64,000 nt of DNA from Octopus vulgaris (lineage: Eukaryota), in NCBI GenBank assembly GCA_951406725.2, contig OX597816.1, positions 164,424,001 through 164,488,000 of the forward strand. The letters are read 5' to 3'. A model generated the notes under the pieces. It made no database searches and was not told the DNA's origin. It saw nothing but the letters and a program-made list of their open reading frames with translations. A program made the translations under genes and the position numbers. Numbering within the stretch: position 1 is the first letter of the stretch; every line of letters starts with the position of its first letter. Positions 53,725 through 64,000 of the stretch are shown piece by piece.

Positions 53725-54500
53725 GCCAGCTGTTGAGTAGAATGAGGAAGCAAAGTGCCCGATCCATAATACAGAATGGTATTTAGTTTCGGTTCTGCAT
53801 TCAATCTCTGCCAGAATTAATTTTGCATTTAAAAAAAAAAAAATTTTTTTTCAACCTCAGAATTCTTGGGGAGGGGGCTTTAAAAATGGGTACCTTTCAA
53901 CGATCGACAATGTGCCCTATAAGTCTGTATGAATATGGGGATGATCATAGTATTGGCGATGATGGTGTTAATAATAATAATGATGATGATAATAATATTA
54001 ATAATGATGAAATTGTAAATAAATATAAATATAAATATACATACATACATATATATATATATAACAATAAGTCCCTCATTTCTGATAATCAAGTTTGTAT
54101 ACATAAAAAAAGAAAAAGACAGTTTGGACTTCATAAATTTAGAACAAATGTTGAAAATTTGAAAATATTGTAAATTATGAATCTGTAATTTTTGAAAGTT
54201 ATTAGGAGGATGTGAGATTTGTTTTTATTTTATTTTAATTTTTTTCTGTTGAAGAATATATCCATTATGTTGGGGATTGGGAAGGGCAGTAATGAAATCA
54301 ATATGTAAAAGACTGCTATTATTGCTACTACTACGATTACTACTGGCAACGAGGATTATTATAGTGATGGTTATAATAATAAAAATAATAACAATGGTAT
54401 AAACATAAAATTAAAATGTGACCTAATTTCTTAATAAAAACAAATTGTTACTAACAAAATTTTATGTAAATGAAGAAAACTAATTATTGTATATGCGTGT
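51123..54500 (+). other. probable long 3' UTR
   Basis: Follows the stop codon. About 3.4 kb with microsatellites but no recognisable SINE or MITE. Candidate AATAAA at 54433 and 54768. Confidence 0.45.
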
Positions 54501-54524
54501 GTGCGTATATATGTATGTATATAT

Positions 54525-54715
54525 ATATAGTTGAAATTTATAGAAAAACAAATTACAGAGACAGGTGTATGAACAAACAAGTTTATTAGTTTGGTGCTCA
54601 AGAAAAATGAAAAAAGTCTTTTATGTTTCGAGCATAAGCTCTTCAACAGAAAGGAATAAGAAAATAAGCAGAGAGAATTTAAAAAATTGTAGAGTTCAGT
54701 GGTCCAACATGGCGA
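54525..54715 (-). mobile_element. Penelope-like remnant between TA runs with decayed hammerhead motif
   Basis: Minus strand CTTT-CTGTTGA-a-GAGC-ttat-GCTC-GAAAC-ATA-AAAG at about 54618-54653. Confidence 0.5.
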
Positions 54716-55366
54716 ATATATATATAAAATGAATAACAAAGGAAATTTTTAAAATGTGCCGTTTTCTAATAAAGATGTATAATGACTGACCATGTTGATA
54801 GTGATGGCTATGATGATGGTGATTCTGTGTGCGTTTGGTATTTGCTATGAAGATAAAATTAAAATAGGCTGTGTGGTAAGAAGTTTATTCCCCGACCACA
54901 TCGTTCTGGATTCAGTCCCTATGGGTGGCACCTTGGACAAGAATTTTCTACTGTAACTTCAGGTCGACCAAATCCTTGAGTGGATTTAGTAGATGGAAAC
55001 TGAAAGAAGCCTGTGATATATATACATGTATGTGTTTGGGTTTACGTCCTTATAACTTAACAGTTCAGCAAGAAAAATTAATAGAATAAGTACCAGGATT
55101 TAAAAAATAAGGTACTAGGGTTGATTTATTCGTCTTCAAATTTTTCAAGCAGTGCCTCAGCATTGCTGCAGTCTATTGGCTGAAACATCAACTCCAGTTT
55201 TTGACAGATTTTATTTTATTACCCCTGGGAGGTGAAAAAGTAAAGTCAACCTTGATGGAATTTGAACTCAAAATAATGAGCCAAGTAAACCTAAATGCTG
55301 CTCAGCATTTCGTCCAATATACCGTTGATCCCACCAATATATTGATTTTTGCCAGCTTGCCTTCTA

Positions 55367-55920
55367 TTGGGTTGTCCGGAAAGTTCGTGCCAATTTTTAA
55401 AGGAAAGAAAAAGGTCAATAGATGCTTGCCATTACATTTTTAATCAACCAAATATGAATCATTTTGTTGCACAATGCGTCTCCATCTTTCCTTTAACTTG
55501 AAAATACCCTCTTCCCAGAATTGAGGTGGTTTCATGGCAAAGAATTCAAGGTATCTTTTTACGTCAGCCAAGGAATTGAAATTTTTACCATTGAGATTAT
55601 TCTGCAGAGACCTGAATAAGTGGAAATCCGAAGAAGCAATATCTGGTGAATATGGAGGGTGGGGTAACACATCCTAGCCGAGCTGCAGCAATTTTTATCT
55701 GGTTCCCAAAGCATCAAGTGCCGAAAATGAATCTTCCATTTTAAAGGGTTACAGAATTTACACAGGTTATAGGAACATAAACCTTCTCCCACGAAAAGAT
55801 AGCTTAAATTGTGCTCTAAATGGAGGTGTAGTCAAATCCTATTTTATGGACTCAACCATGTTCTAAATAAGTCGAAAGGTAAGCTACTATAAATCGGCTC
55901 GAACTTCCCGGACAACCCAA
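55367..55920 (-). mobile_element. internally deleted mariner element, sister of 44985-45529
   Basis: TA TSD, same TIRs and same deletion junction. Remnant LPHPPYSPDIASSDFHLFRSLQN. Confidence 0.92.
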
Positions 55921-58296
55921 TATTATACCGCCACCTTTCCATCTTCTAAGAGTATTTCTCTGACCTAAGCTTTTATAGATGTATCCATGGCTGTGTGGTA
56001 AGAAGTTTGCTTCCTAGCCACATGATTTTGGAAGCAAACATGTTTTGATGGTAATGGTGAGGATTAGTTGACAGTGATAAAAGTGTGATCGTGATGGTAC
56101 CGTGTAAACAAACACGTGCAAAACAACATAATTGTAGAAATTCTACAGAGGCGCAAGCGTGGCTGTGTGGTAAGTAGCTTGCTTAGTAACCACATGGTTC
56201 CTGGTACAGTCCCACTGCGTGGCACCTTCGGTAAATTCTTCTACTATAGCTTCGCGCTGACATGCTTGTGCGTTTGTCCCCGTAACCTAGCGGTTCGGCA
56301 AAAGCGGCTGATAGAATAAGAACTAGGCTTACAAAGAATAAGTCCTGGGGTCGATTTGTTCGACTAAATGCGATGCTCCAGCATGGCCGCAGTCAAATGA
56401 CTGAGATAAAAGAATCCCTGTAACTTAGCCGTTCAGCAAAAGAGTCCGTTGGAATAAGTATGAGGTTTAAAAAAACAAAAACAAATATTCCTTTCTTCTT
56501 TAGACACAAGGCCCGAAATATTGGGGAAGGCGGCCAGTCGATTAGGCAGGTGCTTAAATTTATCGACCCCGAAAGGATGAAAGGCAAAAATCAACCTCAA
56601 CGGAATTTGACCTCAGGACGTAACGGCAGACGAAATACCTCTAAGCATTTCACCTGGCGTGCTAACGTTTCTGCCAGATCCCCGCCCTAGCAGCAATAAA
56701 TATTGAGGCTGATTTCATTCGGCTAAAATTCTACAAGGATGTACCACAGTCTAATGGCTGAAACAATTAAAAGAGGAAATATAGATGACCAAACTGATAG
56801 TGATCAGAAATAATTGTTGCCACAATAACAGTTGGGTAGAAAAATATTCAGGAAGCTAGTAATCTTGTGAGTTATAAAGGGTTTCTCTGTCAGAGCAACG
56901 AGTAGATTGTATGAGACTTATGAACGAACTGCATGGTAGAGAGACATGAGTCTTCAGCATGGAGGTTTTGCAAAAGCTAGAGAGGAAGTGAGTGAGTGTA
57001 GTCTATTGGATGTATAATGCTAGTGTGCAGTCATGAAATATGAGTTGACAGAGAGACACTAACTAAATGAAGAGTGTTGAAGGGAAGAGTGGAATGGTAG
57101 AGGTACGTGGTGTGTGGAGAGTTGGTGGTGACTTGTTAAAGTGGATGGAATTTGTGGAAGAGGAAAACATGCGACGAAGTAATGGAGACTGATTGCCACT
57201 TAAAACTACTGGTGACGATGCTGCGTAAAAAAAAGCATTTAGCACACTGTGCCAAATGGCTGGCGCAGGAAAGGGTATACAGCTGTTGGAACCATGAAGT
57301 GATTCAAATCATATAAATATATAAAGAGAGATACTAAGTACATATATTCATAAAGATAAACTCACACACACACATATAAAGCGTAGAACAAAGAAGAGAA
57401 TACATAGGTTCTTAACTCGACAGCTGTTTCAGGAAGCTTGGAATTACGTAACCATCATAATGTTCATAATTACCAGATGGAATATGCAAAAAGTCTTTGT
57501 GTATGCCACCAGTAAATAGTCACGTAGAGATATTACTATAAGTCATATCACAAACAATAATGAATGAAATTGCAGTCAGGTTCACACATTAAATACAGCT
57601 GAAGAGAAGAAGCCTACAACTACTGGAGTCAAGAAGACCCCCCCCCACTCTCCGCCCCCAAATTTTCTCATCTAACGAAAATTAACTCGGCACTGACTAA
57701 GCCTCAATTTTGTGTTTCAAGATTTGAGTTAGAATCCCTGGAACTTGCTTGCAGCTCAACTTTATGAAAAAGGCAAGAACTGCAGAAGTCTGTGAATATT
57801 TGAAGATGTTCATTGAATAATGATGATGATATAACATACATACTGAGCACAAAGACATACACACACACACACATATTGGTAAAAACGTTAAGATAACAAA
57901 AGAAAGAAAGAGACCTCAATATTATGTGAACAGAGGAAATTTATCTGTAAAAAATGACAATTGTCACATTTTTTACAGATATATATATATAATTTAATAT
58001 CATCTAGGTAAAAACCTTATATTGTGCATTTCAGAGCACCTCCTGTGATCGGCTACCAAATGACATCATACAGTGGCAATACTCCTTTTACTGGATATAC
58101 ACTCGGACATACGTTAGTGTACGCAGAATTCATACAACAACAAAAATTATAATACATAAAGATGGAATGAACAAGCTTTAATTCAAATCCAAATCATATA
58201 TAATAATGTATGTGAGACACTTAGCAACTAACAGCTGTTGCTAATGCACAGAGACAATCTTGAATTGGATTAATGCCTGTTAATTCCATCTTATAC

Positions 58297-58328
<32 letters not shown>

Positions 58329-58589
58329 TGTCATCTGAAGATATACGTATAATATAAATTATATTTGTGTTTTGTAGCAGGAATGAATTGCATGCTTGTG
58401 CATAAGATTTCTGAGCTGAGAAAAATAATAACATTTTTAATTTTACAAATTCATTGGTAAGCACGCGATCTCACCAAGCAACATTAATTAAATTGCTATA
58501 ATGCATTAATTAAGCAGATAATTATTACACTTTAAATATAGCAAAACACTAAGATGTCACTGGGTATAATGTTTTAAATTTTATAAAAT

Positions 58590-59030
58590 TTCTTACCGTG
58601 CATCATACTTAGCAAGTCGATTCTGCTTTGCTTTCGAAATTTCATAGAATTTTAGATGAGACTGACAACGTGGCAATTCTTAATTGGTTTGCAGAATTAA
58701 TATCCACAAGTCTAGCACGCAAGTGGTTCTTGGCAAATTTTGACGTTAAAAGAAATGGTTCAGTTTGGTAATTGCTTAGAAAACAATGATGCAATTTTCG
58801 GTATGACATTCTTCAAAAGTGGCTGCATTTCCATTATCTTCATCGGATTTATAAAATTCCAAAATAGATAAAGTAATCAATTTGGATATTAAATGAATTA
58901 AATTTAGTTCTGAGAAATTAGGAGATGCAAGCGGCAGTACATTAAAGAAGTTCGAGCACTTGGTTTCATAAGTCTGGAAACTTCTTGAAGTAACCTGAAT
59001 GTTAGGGTCTGAAAACAGAAACAATCCCTA
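58590..59030 (-). pseudogene. decayed hAT-Charlie/Buster-like transposase C-terminal fragment
   Basis: Minus frames ...ILEFYKS... and KFAKNHLRARLVDINSANQLRIAT resemble the hAT dimerisation-region tail. Frameshifted. Confidence 0.4.
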
Positions 59031-59899
59031 TAATAGGTGCTTTAGGTATGGTCAAAAATCATACAGACAAATACATAACCAACATCCCGGGACTTACAAC
59101 TATATATACTTCTTTACTACCTACAAGGGGCTAAACACAGAGGGAACAAACAAGGACAGAGAAACGGATTAAGTCGATTATATCGACCCCAGTGCGTAAC
59201 TGGTACTTAATTTATCGACCCCGAAAGGATGAAAGGCAAAGTCGACCTCGGCGGGATTTGAACTCAGAACGTAACGGCAGACGAAATACGGCTACGCATT
59301 TCGCCCGGCGTGCTAACGTTTCTGCCAGCTCACAGCCTTGGGACTTACAAATATATATAACGCATAATAGCAGTACTAAGGACTATGTGCATCATGCGTA
59401 GAGCACTTTCAATACAGTAAAAATTCCAATATGAACATACCCAAAACCCACAAAACTGTACACGATAATGCAATGAAAGCACGCAAAAAAGTAAATAATA
59501 AGACTACTAAATAATCATAGTGATTTCAAATTTTGGTACAAGGCTAGCAATTTCGGGGTCGATTATCTCGATCTTGGTACTCAACTGGTACTTATTTTAT
59601 CAACCCCGGAAGGATGGAAAGTAAAGTCAACCTCGGCGGAATTTGAGCCCAGAATGTTAAGACAGAGGAAAGCATTATCACCGCCTTGATAATAAATTCT
59701 TTTATTGGCCACGACGGCCCAAAACATGAAGGACAATAACAAAGGGGACAACACAGAACAGAGGTGGGGTTTACGTCGATGATGGGGAGATACTGCAACA
59801 TTACAGGATACATAAATAGAAATTTGAAAAATGGATAATTAGTAAATAAATAGAATCTGTAATACCAGGGTTTTCCACTTAGGATAATCCGGGTTAAAC

Positions 59900-60045
59900 C
59901 CAACACAAAAGATTAAAAGAGATTGGAATTGAAATTTGCAATGTCGACTTGCAAAAAACGTATCGCAAGAACCCTACGGAAGATTTTAGAAGTTTGAGGT
60001 GACTTGTCACCGAACATCAAGATAAAATAACTGGCATACAGTAGC

Positions 60046-60046
<1 letters not shown>
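59900..60046 (+). mobile_element. R4/Dong-type LINE extreme 3' end
   Basis: KRLKEIGIEICNVDLQK..ARTLRKILEV*, then a short UTR running into (AAT)n. Confidence 0.55.
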
Positions 60047-60086
<40 letters not shown>

Positions 60087-61399
60087 CCTTTCTACAAGGC
60101 CTGACATTTTCGGGGAGGGGTAAAAGTCGATTACATTGACCCCAGCACTCAACTGATACTTATTTTATTGATAGCGAAAGGATGAACAGCAATGAACAGT
60201 TTGTCCTTAACCAGTTGAGCATGTCACTTAGTGGCTGACGATATGTGCATTTCTGATTATGAGCAGGGGTAGTGGGCAGCATCATAACCGTGTGTTGAAA
60301 GGAATTCTGAGAGGTTTGGACAATTCACCTCTGGAAACATGGGTGTTTCGTTCAACATCCTTAAACAAACCTTATTCAGGGACCTTTTTAGCGGGATGGG
60401 CTGCTCGACCTGAAGAAAATTCTAACTGGGCCTCAACAGCAATGTCATGCGTAGTTTATCTTGATATAATATCACCATGTCGCGCACATATGGTTGTGAT
60501 GCATGTGCCTAGTGTACCCTTATCAAACAGGTAGTCATAATGGGTATATTGGGCTTCGTTTATTTTGCCCTAGTGTCACTTTGATGGTATGCATTTCTCT
60601 CTCACTCAATAACAGCAATAATAATAATAGGAGTAGGAGGACAAACATAGTGTTATGGTTAAAGACTTTTCAAAAACATTGAATCACATTCTTATTTCTT
60701 TATGCCCACAAGGGGCTAAACATAGAGGGCACGAACAAGGGCAGACAAAGGGATTAAGTCGATTACATCGACCCCAGTGCGTAACTGGTACTTAATTTAT
60801 CGACCCCGAAAGGATGAAAGGCTAAGTCGACCTCGGCGGACGAAATACCGCTAAGCATTTTGCTCGGCGTGCTAACGTTTCTGCCAACTCGTCGCCGTAT
60901 TGAATCACATTCTACCATATTCCATATTCTTTCAGTATTAAAATCTGCCAAATCAGAGGTCTTTTTCTTCTTTTTACACTTGCGGTCCGGACAGTTACGG
61001 CATTGATTCAAAGATCATAATATTAGCAAGAACTGAGGTAATAATTCGATTCGTACCTTTCAGTTCAAACGTGCAGCTTTCGACCTAAAATATCATTTTT
61101 AGTTCTCTAATTTAATAAAGGGAATAACTTGAAAAATCCACGAAGATTTTCGGGTTATCTTCCAGTGCATAGAAGTAACTGAGCATGCGTTCTTTACTTT
61201 AATAACAAAACACAATAACAATAAAATTAGACCTTTCCTAGGTGAGCAAGGAAATTGAAAAATGGCTGGAAAAGGTAAGAATTAAAATGAAAATAGAACA
61301 CATTCAGTTGACAGCATAACTCTGCAAAGTTCTGGTGACTTGAAAAGAATATAACCACTTTTGTTTACGGTAAGTGAACAGCTGGTATGTCAATGACAT

Positions 61400-63310
61400 A
61401 CTCAGCAACAAGCTGGTTTGTTAGATAATACTATTAAAATCAATGAGAGCTGATATGTTTGTAGAATTAAGAAAAGAAGAACGGTGTAAGATCCAACTGC
61501 TATGGTAAAGATACCAATGATTTCATGTACATGGATGATCTCAAGTTCTATGCTGCAAATGATAAAACAACTGGAAACACTACTACAAATAGTACACGGA
61601 GTTACTAAGGAAATCAATGAAATTCGACAGAAAAATATGCTTAAGCAGCCTTGAAAAGAGGAAAAAAATTAAGAACACAATCAAACTAGATAAAAAAAAA
61701 AAAAAATAAGAGAACTAGACCAAATTCAGACATACAAATACTTGGGAATCAATTAACTAGACGGGTACAATAAACACAAATGGAAAAACGATAAGAAAGG
61801 AATATTACATGCGAAATAGATTAATGCTTAAAACAGAGTTAATTTGAAAAATAAAGTAATAAACATCCATAGTCTAGCTGTCCCAGTTATACATTAGGGT
61901 CATAATCTTAATCAAAAACTAAATGACTAGCCAAGCTAGACAGAAAAACAAGAATAATGAATGCTTTTAAGATACACCACCCAATATTTGACTACAAGAT
62001 TATATATGTAACGAACTGGAGGCGGTAGATGCTTATACAACTAGAAAACTGCTATAAATATTCACTATTGGACGACAGAAATATCGAATTCAGAATCAAG
62101 AGGAAATGATAAAAATATCCACAAAGCATGACTACAGTAAAAAACTTTTTTCTGTCTTCAAGGAAACAGAAAAATTCAAGGAAGAATATGAAGACAAAGA
62201 AGAGACAACTGTAAAGCAGCTAAAATTTATGCAAAAACTTGAACTACGAAATACAATGATAAAATGATGGCAAGGAAAGTTCTTACATGGCAAACGCCGG
62301 GAAAAGATAAACAGAAAAGGCGCAGGAGTGGCTGTGTGGTAAGTAACTTGCTTACCAACCACATGGTTCCGGGTTCAGTCCCACTGCGTGGCACATTGGG
62401 CAAGTGTCTTCTACTATAGCTTCGGGCCGACCAAAGCCTTGTGAGTGGATTTGGTAGACGGAAACTGAAAGAAACCCGTCGTATATATATATAAATATGT
62501 ATGTGTGTGTGTGTGTGTGTGTGTCTGTGTTTGCCCCCTCCTAACATCGCTTGACAACCGATGCTGGTGTGTTTACATCTCCGTAACTTAGCGGTTCGGC
62601 AAAAGAGACCGATAGAATAAGTACTAGGCTTACAAAGAATAAGTCCTGGGGGTCGATTTGCTCGACTAGAGGCGGTGCTCCAGCATGGCCGCAGTCAAAT
62701 GACTGAAACAAATAAAAAAATAAAAGAATAAGATAAAGTTAAATCACAACAATGGTTGAGAAACGTAGGAGTCAAAGCAGAGACTGAAGGGACACAAGTT
62801 CAAAGCCAGCAGAAACCACACACACAAAAAAAAAGCCCCAGTGAAATAGAATACAATAACGAACTTCAGAATATGTCGTGGTGGTGGTGGTGGTGGTGGT
62901 GGTGGTGGGGAAGAAACAACACATCATATTGTCACTTATTACTTAGTGTTTGTCAAGAAGGAATGTATCCCCCTTACACGACAGAGTTGGTACCTATATA
63001 CACTGGAATCTATGCTAACGCAATGGAGTGACAACAGGGAAAAGATGGTATAAGCATGTCCCAGAAAGGGTCTCAGGAAATGACAAAGCAACCATATTCT
63101 GGGATATACCAATGCAAACAGATAGAGAAATTAAGGCTAATAGACTGAATATAGTCGTCAAAGATCAAGAAATAAAAAAAAAGCTTCAAATCAATGAATC
63201 AGTTCCAACAGAAGGCAATGTATATCTAAAAGAAATGGAGAAAGTATCGAAATGAAAGATATAGAAACAGAAATAACCTGAGTGTGGGTCCTGGAAACAG
63301 AAACAATCCC
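61400..63310 (+). pseudogene. decayed R4/Dong-clade non-LTR retrotransposon (RT plus restriction-like endonuclease), interrupted by a SINE
   Basis: FMYMDDLKFYAAND (about 61520-61565), YKYLG (about 61735) and WYKHVPERVSGNDKATIFWDIPMQTDREIKANRLNIVV...KEMEKVSK (63028-63255). Many stops and frameshifts. Confidence 0.8.
62319..62730 (+). mobile_element. full-length family-1 tRNA-derived SINE
   Basis: ggcgcaggagtggctgtgtggtaag...ggttcagtccc...ttgggcaagtg, (TG)n middle, A-rich tail. Inserted in the LINE. Related pieces at about 54868-55170 and 56150-56410. Confidence 0.88.
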
Positions 63311-63328
63311 ACACACTTACCACTTAAC

Positions 63329-63753
63329 CAGCGCTGGATTAACCATTAAGCAAAATAAGCATGTGCTTACAGCATCAAGGGAAGGAGGGGGCACCACAGA
63401 AATGGTAAATGGTTTACGGCACAAAAGTAATCACTTTAAACTTGCTAAAAAATATTCGGGGTGCCTTTATCTCTACTAAGTATAGATGCAGATGTGTTAC
63501 CTGAGATTAATTTTGAAGATCTGGTCTAAGACTTTGCAATTCCAAAAAGTAGGAGGAAGCTTTTCAAATACAAATAAAGTGGAAGTAGACAAAAATAAAC
63601 ATTATTTTCCCTCTTACTGTTTTGTTTCGTTTTGAAAAATAAAAATTTATTTTATGGTTTCTTATTGTTTGTATTTTGAATTACATAATCTTTTATGGGG
63701 GTGCCAAAATCTTTTAAGTGCTTAGGGCTTCAATGGGTCTTAATCCGGCCCGG
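63329..63753 (+). mobile_element. internally deleted hAT element
   Basis: TIRs cagcgctggattaa and ttaatccggcccgg. 8-bp flanks cacttaac/cacttttc. Remnant LSLLSIDADVLPEINFEDLV*DFAIPKSRRK. Confidence 0.7.
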
Positions 63754-64000
63754 CACTTTTCCTTTTATAATTCTAACCATTGCAAAAGGGATCACATTAA
63801 ATGTAGTGAACATTACAGTATTTAAATTGAATATCAGAGGCAAAACCTGGACACATCGTTAGTATTGTGTCGTGGGGATGTTTCGGATCTAACAATATAG
63901 ACCGTTAGCCAGGCAAGTTGATTTAGATTGACCAAGCTTAGGCCTGGGTCTAAGCAGCACTCTACTACCCAACTTCGTTCTCCTTTTTTCATTCAAAGTC

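Noticed and set aside
57410-57440. Minus-strand GAAAC-AGCU-GUC half of a hammerhead
   Set aside because: No matching CUGANGA core or stem I partner found nearby.
62319-62395. tRNA-like sequence with A/B boxes
   Set aside because: SINE head continuing into the SINE body. No cloverleaf or acceptor stem, so not a tRNA gene.

Overview
AT-rich, microsatellite-dense animal genomic DNA. The SINE/MITE families look like those of Octopus (recognised from memory, not searched). The window holds the 3' part of one + strand gene. Ten GT-AG exons (6462-51122) splice in frame into 1123 aa of a TNRC18/BAHCC1 (Drosophila winged eye) family chromatin reader: Ser-rich disordered region, tandem Tudor region, Ser-rich disordered region, C-terminal BAH domain. 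The 5' exons lie upstream of the window. Introns and flanks are filled with tRNA-derived and RTE-related SINEs, piggyBac-, hAT-, mariner- and pogo-type MITEs, non-autonomous Helitrons, and RTE and R4/Dong LINE remnants. The most interesting signal is four unrelated short elements carrying minimal type-I hammerhead-ribozyme folds of the Penelope-like kind. Three of them are fold-backs, and one has a compensatory G3-C8 core swap. Also notable are three minisatellites seeded by transposon parts and a composite MITE dimer that moved as a unit. Nearly all other ORFs in the track are microsatellite or repeat artefacts. Repeat boundaries are approximate unless TSD or TIR ends are quoted.
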